A DNA stretch of 64,000 bases, taken from the IMG/VR virus record IMGVR_UViG_3300003086_000115, one strand, 5' to 3'. The translations under genes were made by a program, and so were the position numbers. Below the pieces are notes generated by a model that saw nothing but the letters and a program-made list of their open reading frames with translations, was not told the origin of the DNA and ran no database searches. Below, piece after piece: positions 20,437 to 29,043 of this stretch. Numbering within the stretch: position 1 is the first letter of the stretch; the number at the start of each line of letters is the position of its first letter. The DNA comes from a virus. Its lineage: Duplodnaviria; Caudoviricetes.

Positions 20437-20500
20437 CCACGTTCAGGGAAATAGTTATTCATTTTCCCTTCTCGATCTAAAGCTGATAAACAGAATACAT
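20433..20500 (-). pseudogene. Remnant of a second amidinotransferase gene (first 6 and last 15 codons only)
   Basis: ATG TAT TCT GTT TAT CAG (MYSVYQ; intact copy MTVYQ) joined out of frame to LDREGKMNNYFPERG* (intact copy LDREGKMNDYFPNR). Confidence 0.8.
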
Positions 20501-21012
20501 TATACTCTAGGGTCTTTACGTCCGCGAAATAAACCGTTCATGTAAGTATCTGCGTCTTTCCAATGCTCGTAATACCCTGCTTTGTGCAGTTTAGCAGATG
20601 CTTCGTTTAATGCTTCTAACGGAGCAACCATACTGTAAGCGTACGTGCCTTGGTTAAATATTAATCCATTTACACCTTCAGGATCTTTTGGATGGTCTGG
20701 CAATGATATTAAGTCTACTTGTGCTAGTTTGTCATCATTTGCTTGGTATACAAGTTCATGGAATAACTCTGAAGTCCATTGGTCTGCATCATACACATAC
20801 ATAAACACTTCGTATCCTTGGTTGCCTTGTTTAGCATGATGAACTAAGTCTTTATATGGGTGTACACCAAGTCTGAATGTAATTTTGTTTTTTAGTCTAG
20901 CCGCTTTAGCATACGGGCAAGGTGCAAATCCACCTAGTTCATTGTTGGGTGACTCTACAAAGTTCTCTAACCAGTCTTTTGTTTCTTGTTCGGCTTTTTG
21001 TAAATCTATCAT
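20500..21012 (-). CDS. DUF1415-like protein
   Basis: WLENFVE...PCPYAK and LPDHP motifs. Confidence 0.6.
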   Translation of the reverse strand: MIDLQKAEQETKDWLENFVESPNNELGGFAPCPYAKAARLKNKITFRLGVHPYKDLVHHAKQGNQGYEVFMYVYDADQWTSELFHELVYQANDDKLAQVDLISLPDHPKDPEGVNGLIFNQGTYAYSMVAPLEALNEASAKLHKAGYYEHWKDADTYMNGLFRGRKDPRV

Positions 21013-21188
21013 TAAAAGTATGGTAGTCCTGATTTTTTAGTTGTCTCTAAATTATCTTTAATAATTTTAGAAATAGTTTCTCTCTCTGATACGCTTAACA
21101 TCATTGCTTGGTCGTAATTTAATCCACCGCGCATATTCCAGCATAGTCGTAACGCTTCTTCTTTGAGGCTTACAGTCTCCTTTTCCAT
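21012..21188 (-). CDS. Small baseplate hub assembly protein (gp51-like); possibly expressed as a -1 frameshift extension of gp26
   Basis: LRLCWNMRGGLNYDQAMMLSVSERE; its frame stays open through the gp26 3' end; own ATG at 21188 with GAGG upstream. Confidence 0.6.
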   Translation of the reverse strand: MEKETVSLKEEALRLCWNMRGGLNYDQAMMLSVSERETISKIIKDNLETTKKSGLPYF

Positions 21189-21235
21189 TTTATCTACCTC
21201 TTTAGAGATTTCATCAGAATCCCAGGTGAGTAACC

Positions 21236-22063
21236 TTATGCGAAAAAACTTGTCATATCGAGTGTAAATGGTTGTTCGTATTCGTGCTGGCATTCATTGC
21301 ACTTGATTTTTAATGGTTTTAGTTCAGTTACATCTCTTAGCTCAATAACGTGTTCTCTGATACTTTCGAATATTGATCGTTCACAGTTATGTAAGAATTC
21401 GTTAATTTGTTCAGTGTTTTGTACCATAGCATCAGGTGTTTGTATATAGTTTATACTTTGTACTAAAGACGAGATAGTTAACTCTGTAATTTTACTAAAT
21501 GCTTCTGATAGCATTTTAAGCTTTTCTTCTTCAGGAATATCAGCTTCTTGTAGTATTGATGTTAGTTTTTGTTCTTCGAACTGAATAATACTATTTTCAT
21601 TGACGTCTTTGTACGTTAGCGGTTTAAAATATACACTTAAATCACCTATATCTACATTGTCTGTGTAGTCAGGTGTTTTGAGTTGGTCTAGTACAGTCCT
21701 TAGATCTAGACCATAGTTAGCAATCTCTTCACATTTAGGACAAGTTGTTTCTATTTCTAATGTATGACCGTAGCTAGCAATTCTAATAGCAGATAAGACA
21801 GTATCTAAATCAATACTTGGCATTGCCCACGGATCTTTAATATTAGGCACACAGCTAGATATAACATTAACAACAGCAGAGCCGTTAAACAATGCATCTG
21901 GTGTTCTGTATGATATTTCATCAATAGCAGTCATAGGATACACAGGTATTTCTTCGTTTGGTGGCATGTCTAACATGCCTGGAGGATAAAATTTACCTTC
22001 ACTAGGCAACTTAATGTAGATACTAGGGCGTCTAAAATAATTACTCAGTGGATTATCTGACAT
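21236..22063 (-). CDS. gp26: Baseplate hub assembly chaperone (gp26-like)
   Basis: IKLPSEGKFY, VYPMTAIDE, DLDTVLSAIRIASYG, two CxxC pairs, C-terminal SFFA. Confidence 0.8.
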   Translation of the reverse strand: MSDNPLSNYFRRPSIYIKLPSEGKFYPPGMLDMPPNEEIPVYPMTAIDEISYRTPDALFNGSAVVNVISSCVPNIKDPWAMPSIDLDTVLSAIRIASYGHTLEIETTCPKCEEIANYGLDLRTVLDQLKTPDYTDNVDIGDLSVYFKPLTYKDVNENSIIQFEEQKLTSILQEADIPEEEKLKMLSEAFSKITELTISSLVQSINYIQTPDAMVQNTEQINEFLHNCERSIFESIREHVIELRDVTELKPLKIKCNECQHEYEQPFTLDMTSFFA

Positions 22064-22074
22064 AGATTTTATGT

Positions 22075-22105
22075 TATAAATATGTTAAATGTGTGAATAT
22101 TTATA
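22075..22105. promoter_or_regulatory. Pair of face-to-face late promoters: TATAAATA on + (22075-22082) and on - (22098-22105)
   Basis: Two exact consensus matches in the 53-nt gap between the gp26-like and tape-measure-like genes. Confidence 0.75.
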
Positions 22106-22116
22106 GTGGGTTAATT

Positions 22117-24753
22117 ATGGCTGAAGATTTTCAAGAGTTTGATAGATTAAAACGAGAGATGAGAGAGGTCTCTAATGCTATGCGTACGCATGGAGCTTCA
22201 TCAAAAGAAGCTAGTAATGCATTGCGTAAGTTTACCGGTGAAGCATCACAACTTTCGCAATCGTTAAAAGCTGTAGGTAGTTCTTTGTCTGGTTTTACTA
22301 GCGGGTTAGCAAAAGGCAATACAGCATTTAGCAGTTTTGGGTCTATAGTTAAATCAAGCACAGGGGTTATAAAAGATCTTAGCGGAAAGTTTGGTATCGC
22401 TGGACAAGCAGTTGGTAAATTCATTGATGTTGCTGGTGCTGGTGTTGCATTTGCGTTAGAACAATATGACATTGCACAGCGAACATTCCAGCAATTAAGT
22501 CAAGTAGGTGTAGCCGGAGCAGATGGTATTGATCAACTGCGTAGGAATATGGTAGCGGCAGGAATTCCGTTGTCGCAGTTTGCAGGAATGCTACAAAAAA
22601 ATAACACAGCATTAGTAGGACTAACAGGTTCGTCAGATGATTCAGCAAAACAATTTGCTGAAATGATGGGTACAATGCGTAACGGGCTCGGAGATCAACT
22701 ACGTTTCCTAGGATTTTCAACAGAAGAAATAGGCGACACATTAGTAAACTTCTCAGATTTACAAAGAAGGTTAGGCACATTGCAATCAATGGATCAAGAT
22801 GCTATTACTAGAGGTACAATTGGATATGGTAAAGAGTTAGATAAGATTGCTAAGTTAACAGGACAAAGCAGAAAAGAATCACAAAAAGTATTAGAAGCGT
22901 CTATGAGAGAAGGCAGATACTTAGCGGCAAAAAGGAAATTAGCAGGTCAAGGTGATGCAGGTGTGAAAGCGGCCTCAGAACTAGACAAACTAATGCTGAG
23001 TGTAACTGCACTATCTCCAGCGTTGGCCTCAGCAGTTAAAGATGTATCGGGCGGATTTATAAGTACTGATGCCGCAAGAAAAGGATTCTTGTCAACTGAC
23101 GGTAGTATAGATGCTAACGAAGGTATATTAATGTTACGAGCAGGGCTCAAACGAACACTACCTACAATGGAAGCTATTAACTTAGCAGTAGGTGATTCAA
23201 CAGGTGCGTTTATACCATTGCATGAATCAGTTAATGCTACAACATTTGGCTTAGATAAATTGGCTGATGCTGTAGAAAAAAATAGAAAAACACAAGAAGA
23301 ACAACTTACTGATCCTAATAAAACTACAAAAGAGCTAGCAAATGCCCAGAAATATATGGAAAGTGCAAGTGCTCGTTTACAAGCAACAGCAATATCATTC
23401 GATAAAGTATCTGGTGGTTTAGAGTTAGCAATGGAGGCTATGGAAAATGTTACTAAAGGTATTTACAAATTATCAACAGTAGACGAAGCTGACGCCAACA
23501 ATACTAGAACCAGTAAAGCACGAAATCAAACAGATATAGATATTAATATAAAGAAGCAAGAGCTTGCGGATTTAAACGCAGAACGAATAAAGATAGAGAG
23601 TAGATTAGAAAACAGACGACTTAATACAAAAACCGAAAAACAACTTCGATTAGAATTAGGAAGATTAACCGGTGAGCTAGTGAAGCTCACTGATGAAACT
23701 AAAAAGTTATCAATGGCTAGGATAGAAGAAAAGATTAGCCGAGTAGAAGGATTCAAAAAATTGTCAACTGCAGTAGTTTCGTCTGGCAAAGGAACAGCTG
23801 ATCAAATAGAACAGTTTAAAAAGACGTTAGCAGATGAAAATGCACAGTTAAAAGACTTATTAAGCCAACAAGCGTTAATGACGTCGAGCTTTACTGATAG
23901 CATACAAGTACTTACTGCAGACACTAAAGGGTTAGCAAGCAATACAACATTATCAGATAATTTAAAAGCTGGAATAGCAACGCTTAACAAGCAGTTAGCG
24001 AATGTAGGTGGGCAAATAGTTAGTGGATTAGACACTGGATTTACGAATCTTAATAAAGAACAGCGGTTAGGGATCGAGAATCAAGCACGGAGTATATCAG
24101 CTGAGTTAGCAAAACCTGCTGATAAGAGGAGTGCAGATCTTAATAGCATGATAGCAACGTTATCTAATCAGTTAGCAAAGCATCAGTTTAAAGGGTTAAT
24201 ACCTGCAAAAGAAAAAGAGTTCGATCCGTTGTTTAAACAAAGAGCGTCAGAATCAACAACAATAGGAAGATTATTTGAACAATTGCGTACGCCTGATACG
24301 CTTGGAGATTCACCAGCAAGATACTTTGGTAAGTTCTTTAATGATGGTAAGTTTGATTCTGAGGGAGTAGTTAGTAAGTTAGAAGAGCAAGGTATTAGTG
24401 CTAATCGTATCCTTTCTGATAAAGAGCAGATAGAATTGAGAAAAATATGGAATGCTGGTCCTGGTAGTATTGATGGTGCTAAAACGTGGAAACAGTTTGA
24501 CGACTTCTTTAAAAAGATGAAAGCTAACCCTACAGGACCAAATCTACAGTTTACTAGTAACATTCCTGGTGTAGAGGCTATATCAGTTAAAGATCAAGTA
24601 TCAGCAGATACACAATCAAAAATTAGTGAAAATAGCGAAAAACTATTAATTGCAATAGAAATGTCAAACACAAAACTAGATGGCATACAAACAGCCCTTA
24701 ATTCAGGTAACAACACAAGCGGCAAAATGCTTCAGTCAGTTAGAAACACATAA
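22117..24753 (+). CDS. Tape-measure-like protein (start MAEDFQ)
   Basis: Long Ala/Gly/Ser-rich helical and coiled-coil protein; ELDKIAKLTGQSRKE motif; adjacent to the gp26-like gene. Confidence 0.6.
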   Translation: MAEDFQEFDRLKREMREVSNAMRTHGASSKEASNALRKFTGEASQLSQSLKAVGSSLSGFTSGLAKGNTAFSSFGSIVKSSTGVIKDLSGKFGIAGQAVGKFIDVAGAGVAFALEQYDIAQRTFQQLSQVGVAGADGIDQLRRNMVAAGIPLSQFAGMLQKNNTALVGLTGSSDDSAKQFAEMMGTMRNGLGDQLRFLGFSTEEIGDTLVNFSDLQRRLGTLQSMDQDAITRGTIGYGKELDKIAKLTGQSRKESQKVLEASMREGRYLAAKRKLAGQGDAGVKAASELDKLMLSVTALSPALASAVKDVSGGFISTDAARKGFLSTDGSIDANEGILMLRAGLKRTLPTMEAINLAVGDSTGAFIPLHESVNATTFGLDKLADAVEKNRKTQEEQLTDPNKTTKELANAQKYMESASARLQATAISFDKVSGGLELAMEAMENVTKGIYKLSTVDEADANNTRTSKARNQTDIDINIKKQELADLNAERIKIESRLENRRLNTKTEKQLRLELGRLTGELVKLTDETKKLSMARIEEKISRVEGFKKLSTAVVSSGKGTADQIEQFKKTLADENAQLKDLLSQQALMTSSFTDSIQVLTADTKGLASNTTLSDNLKAGIATLNKQLANVGGQIVSGLDTGFTNLNKEQRLGIENQARSISAELAKPADKRSADLNSMIATLSNQLAKHQFKGLIPAKEKEFDPLFKQRASESTTIGRLFEQLRTPDTLGDSPARYFGKFFNDGKFDSEGVVSKLEEQGISANRILSDKEQIELRKIWNAGPGSIDGAKTWKQFDDFFKKMKANPTGPNLQFTSNIPGVEAISVKDQVSADTQSKISENSEKLLIAIEMSNTKLDGIQTALNSGNNTSGKMLQSVRNT

Positions 24754-24796
24754 ATAGCAACAACTTTATTAAGCATACTAAGTACTATTTTTAAAT

Positions 24797-25189
24797 ATGG
24801 AAAGTAAAATGTCTTGCGAATCAAAGATAAAGCATTACCCAACAGGCGAAGTTAAGTCAAGTGCGTGCATGATTGATGATAAAAAAAACGGACCTAAGAT
24901 TACGTTTCGTTTGGATGGTAGTGTTAAGCGTATTACTATATATAAAAACGATAAACGTGAGGGCACGCAAGTTTGGTATAGCCTTGCACATAGTATAGAA
25001 GAGCATGTTGAATTTAAAAATGGCAAAAGACACGGCAAACTAGTAATGTATGACATGGATGATTTTCCAATGGTTATTAAGCATTATAATGAAGGTGAGT
25101 TGCACGGTGAAACTACGTATTACGATCGTTCACATTTATTAGAAGAACGTGATATGTATGATAAAGGCCGGTTAGTAATAGAAAAATAA
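24797..25189 (+). CDS. MORN-variant repeat protein (YwqK-like)
   Basis: Repeats YKNDKREG, FKNGKRHG, YNEGELHG, YDKGR. Confidence 0.75.
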   Translation: MESKMSCESKIKHYPTGEVKSSACMIDDKKNGPKITFRLDGSVKRITIYKNDKREGTQVWYSLAHSIEEHVEFKNGKRHGKLVMYDMDDFPMVIKHYNEGELHGETTYYDRSHLLEERDMYDKGRLVIEK

Positions 25190-25202
25190 TAGGAGATAGA
25201 TC

Positions 25203-26936
25203 TTGAGTTGGAAAAAGTACTTTAAAGTAGCAGATAATACAGGTAACCTAAGTCCTATTAGCGGAGTAGGTAAAGGATCTGAAGGTGGAAGTTTTGCATA
25301 TCGAAACTATGCGAGTAGCTTAAAAGAAGTATACTCAGGACATCCTAATCGTGTAGAACGCTATAGCCAATATGAAGCAATGGATATGGATAGTGAGATT
25401 AACGCTTGTTTAGATATTCTTGCTGAATTTAGCACACAATCAGACGACCAAACACGTTTGCCGTTTGACATACAGTATAACAGTAAACCTACAGATAACG
25501 AAGTTAACATTATTAAAGAACAGTTATTACAGTGGGTTAAACTTAATGAATTCGACGAAAGAGCATTTAAGATGTTTCGTAACACTATTAAGTACGGTGA
25601 TCAAGTATTCATCAGGGACCCAGAGACTTTTAAGTTAATGTGGGTAGAGACTGAGAAGTTAGTGCGTGTTATTGTTAATGAAAGCGAAGGCAAACAACCA
25701 GAACAATACATTATACTAGATATCAATCCTAATTTTGAGAACTTAACAGTAGCACCAAAAACAACAGATGACTTTGCTACTAATCCACCAAGGGGTGGCG
25801 GCGGTAGTAATTATAGTTCACCACAGCAGTACGGTGGCGGCAGTTTATCAGGTGGACGGTTTGATAAATCGTTAACAGAAGCGGCAATCGAAGCCAAGCA
25901 CGTTGTACATTTAAGCTTAACACAAGGGTTAGATCAACAATGGCCATTTGGTACTAGCGTACTAGAGAGCATATTTAAAACGTACAAACAAAAAGAGTTA
26001 TTAGAAGATGCCGTATTAATATATCGAGTACAGCGTGCGCCAGAGAGGCGTGTGTTTTACATAGATGTTGGTAATATGCCATCGCATATGGCTATGAGTT
26101 TTGTAGAGCGTGTTAAAAATGAAATACATCAACGTAGAATACCTACACAAAACGGTGGCGGTGACAACATGCTTGATGCTACATACAATCCGTTATCTAC
26201 AAATGAAGATTATTTCTTTCCACAAACAGCTGAAGGACGTGGCTCTAAAGTAGATACATTACCAGGCGGTGAAAACTTAGGACAAATTGATGATTTACGA
26301 TACTTTAATAATAAACTTGCACGTGGTTTACGTGTTCCTAGTAGTTACTTACCTAGTGGCCCAGACGATAGTTCTGCACCGTTAACAGATGGCAGACTAG
26401 GCACAGCACTTATTGAAGAGTACAGATTTAATCAGTACTGTATGCGTTTACAAGTAACAGTATCAAAAGTGTTAAATGAAGAGTTTAAGCTGTTCTTGGC
26501 ATGGCGCGGGTTTAACATTGACAGCAGTTTATTTGATATTAAATTTAATGATCCACAGAACTTTGCTAGTTACAGACAAAGCGAACTAGATGCTACTAGG
26601 ATTAGTTCGTTTAGTGGTTTAGAAGCATATCCGTATTTGAGTAAGCGTTTTTTATTAAAGCGTTACTTAGGGTTATCAGAAGAAGAGATGGTAGAAAATC
26701 AAGAGCTATGGGAACAAGAGAATGTTAATGCAACGACAGTAGATGCCTCAGGATCAGACTTACGTGGTGTAGGTGTTATGCCAGGTGGATTTGAAAGTGA
26801 CATAGATACTATGGGAGAAATTGAAGGCGAAGGAGAAATGCCAGATATGGGAGAAATGGATATGGGCGGAGCTCCACCTGCAGAAGCTGGCTCTGCACCT
26901 AATCCAGTAGCAGGTGCACAAGGCGGACTTCCTTAA
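25203..26936 (+). CDS. gp20: Portal protein (TTG start, AGGAG SD)
   Basis: LLEDAVLIYRVQRAPERRVFYIDVGNMP, EDYFFPQTAEGRGSKVDTLPGGENLG. Confidence 0.95.
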   Translation: MSWKKYFKVADNTGNLSPISGVGKGSEGGSFAYRNYASSLKEVYSGHPNRVERYSQYEAMDMDSEINACLDILAEFSTQSDDQTRLPFDIQYNSKPTDNEVNIIKEQLLQWVKLNEFDERAFKMFRNTIKYGDQVFIRDPETFKLMWVETEKLVRVIVNESEGKQPEQYIILDINPNFENLTVAPKTTDDFATNPPRGGGGSNYSSPQQYGGGSLSGGRFDKSLTEAAIEAKHVVHLSLTQGLDQQWPFGTSVLESIFKTYKQKELLEDAVLIYRVQRAPERRVFYIDVGNMPSHMAMSFVERVKNEIHQRRIPTQNGGGDNMLDATYNPLSTNEDYFFPQTAEGRGSKVDTLPGGENLGQIDDLRYFNNKLARGLRVPSSYLPSGPDDSSAPLTDGRLGTALIEEYRFNQYCMRLQVTVSKVLNEEFKLFLAWRGFNIDSSLFDIKFNDPQNFASYRQSELDATRISSFSGLEAYPYLSKRFLLKRYLGLSEEEMVENQELWEQENVNATTVDASGSDLRGVGVMPGGFESDIDTMGEIEGEGEMPDMGEMDMGGAPPAEAGSAPNPVAGAQGGLP

Positions 26937-26947
26937 TAAATACTAGT

Positions 26948-27175
26948 ATGATATTACAAGAATTATACCAACAAGCAGTGCCGGGTTATCAAGATTTAGA
27001 AGATGACAACACCCAGTTGACTAAAGATGACTTACGTAAAACACGACTTACATTAAAGCAGATTAGTAAGTTACGTCAAATGAATGACATACGTAATATC
27101 GAAAATAAAGAAAAATTAGACAAACTACAGACAATGTATGCCGCACCTGCTGAAGAAGCAGGGCCGGCATTTTAG
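26948..27175 (+). CDS. Small head-module protein
   Basis: Between portal and core genes; late-promoter-like AATAAATA just upstream. Confidence 0.6.
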   Translation: MILQELYQQAVPGYQDLEDDNTQLTKDDLRKTRLTLKQISKLRQMNDIRNIENKEKLDKLQTMYAAPAEEAGPAF

Positions 27176-27289
27176 CTAAAAATTACTGAAAATCTCCAAA
27201 AAGTGTCAAAAACGACACTTACTAGATACCGTTTGGCACAAATGTAATAAATATTCACATATACACACTATTATAACCCGGAGTTACTA

Positions 27290-28030
27290 ATGAACAAGTT
27301 TGAAAAGTTAATTGAATACGTTATTAATGATGAAGATGGTAAAGCATCAGATTTATTCCATGAAATTGTTGTTGACAAAAGTCGTCAGATATATGAAGAC
27401 TTAATGGAGATAGAAATGGGAGGCGATCCAGTTGATGAACTTATCGGCGATGTGATTGCTGACGAAGAAGGCATGGCACCAGACATGGACGACGACATAG
27501 AAGACTTGGACATAGACTATGATGATGATGGCGAAACAGATGAGCACGAAGGCGATCATGAAGAGCTAGAAGATCGTGTAGTTGACTTAGAAGATAAGTT
27601 AGACGAGTTAATGGCTGAGTTTGATGATTTAATCGGCGCTGAAGAAGAAATGCCAGTAGATGACATGGACATGGACATAGACATGTCCATGGAACCAGAG
27701 ATGGAAGAAGGCATGTATGAGTCTACAGAAGTTGACGAAGGCGAAGAACTTGAAGAAGAAGAGGTTGATGAAGATAAAGATGCATTAGATGAAAATGTTG
27801 CTCTAAGTAATGTGTCTAAGCCTAGTAACACTGAAGAAGGTAGTATTAATAAGAGTTCAGTAAATGCTGACAATGCAGGCAGTAAAGGTAAGAAAGGTGA
27901 AGCAAAACCAGTAGCAATGAGTTCAGCTGAGAATAAAGGTCGTACAGCACCAAAAGCAAAAGATATGGGAAGTACAACTAAGCCAAATGAAAAGAAAGTA
28001 GCGGCACCTAAAGCAAAAAGTAAAGACTAA
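27290..28030 (+). CDS. Acidic prohead core protein (gp67/68-like position)
   Basis: Very acidic body, basic tail; lies between portal and protease. Confidence 0.6.
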   Translation: MNKFEKLIEYVINDEDGKASDLFHEIVVDKSRQIYEDLMEIEMGGDPVDELIGDVIADEEGMAPDMDDDIEDLDIDYDDDGETDEHEGDHEELEDRVVDLEDKLDELMAEFDDLIGAEEEMPVDDMDMDIDMSMEPEMEEGMYESTEVDEGEELEEEEVDEDKDALDENVALSNVSKPSNTEEGSINKSSVNADNAGSKGKKGEAKPVAMSSAENKGRTAPKAKDMGSTTKPNEKKVAAPKAKSKD

Positions 28031-28074
28031 AGCAAACAGTGAAGACGCAGGCAGTTAAGCGTTAAAGGAGGATT

Positions 28075-28404
28075 ATGAACAAGTTTGAAAAATTAATAGA
28101 ATATGTTATTAATGAAGAAGACGGAAAAGCTAGTGATCTTTTTCACGAGATCGTTTTAGAAAAAAAGAATAGCATTTACAAGAAGTTAATAAAAGAAGAT
28201 GAGAAAGAAGAAGCTAGTGAAGAAACTAACGATTCTGACTCAGGCGAAACAAGCAATGAAGATTCAAATAACTTTAAGTCTGAAGGCGACGTGTTTAACG
28301 GCAGTTTAGTGCCAGCACCAGAACCAGTTGCTGATGAACCTAGTGACACTTATACAGATACAGTAATAAGTGATGATGATAACAAAGAAGATAGCAAGGT
28401 ATAA
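28075..28404 (+). CDS. Short paralogue of the preceding core protein
   Basis: First 27 aa nearly identical: MNKFEKLIEYVIN(D/E)EDGKASDLFHEIV. Confidence 0.7.
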   Translation: MNKFEKLIEYVINEEDGKASDLFHEIVLEKKNSIYKKLIKEDEKEEASEETNDSDSGETSNEDSNNFKSEGDVFNGSLVPAPEPVADEPSDTYTDTVISDDDNKEDSKV

Positions 28405-28407
28405 CTA

Positions 28408-29034
28408 ATGTCATTTTTGCAAGAAAGTTTATCGTTTGATGCCGCAAGTATTGTTTTAGAACACGGCGGTGATGACAACAAAGACCTTTTTATGAAAGGG
28501 TTATGCATCCAAGGTGATGTAAAGAATGCTAATGAGCGTGTTTATCCAGTTAGTGAAATTACAAATGCAGTTAAGCAATTGCATGAGCAAATTAATGGTG
28601 GATATTCAGTACTGGGAGAATTAGATCACCCAGATGATTTAAAAATAAATTTAGACCGTGTAAGTCACATCATTACAGAAATGTGGATGGAAGGTGCAAA
28701 CGGTTATGGAAAGTTAAAGATTTTGCCAACGCCTATGGGTAAGTTAGTTGAGACCATGTTAGGTAGCGGCGTAAAATTAGGTGTCTCGAGCAGAGGTAGC
28801 GGAAACGTTAACGAAAGCAACGGACATGTAAGTGATTTTGAAATAGTAACAGTTGATGTAGTAGCTCAACCTAGTGCCCCTGGAGCGTATCCAACAGCCA
28901 TTTATGAAGGTTTGTTAAATATGGAACATGGGCATAAGTTGATCGAAATGGCGGCTGATGCTAGAGAAAGTATCACAGCACAGAGATATTTAGAGGGTGG
29001 CATAGTTGCACTCATTAAAGATCTTAAAATATAG
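28408..29034 (+). CDS. gp21: Prohead protease
   Basis: NANERVYP, GELDHP, GVSSRGSG, DVVAQPSAPGA. Confidence 0.93.
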   Translation: MSFLQESLSFDAASIVLEHGGDDNKDLFMKGLCIQGDVKNANERVYPVSEITNAVKQLHEQINGGYSVLGELDHPDDLKINLDRVSHIITEMWMEGANGYGKLKILPTPMGKLVETMLGSGVKLGVSSRGSGNVNESNGHVSDFEIVTVDVVAQPSAPGAYPTAIYEGLLNMEHGHKLIEMAADARESITAQRYLEGGIVALIKDLKI

Positions 29035-29043
29035 GAGAAATAG

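Noticed and set aside
27201-27220. Hairpin AAGTGTC/GACACTT as a terminator
   Set aside because: Weak stem with no following U-tract on the coding strand; function unsupported
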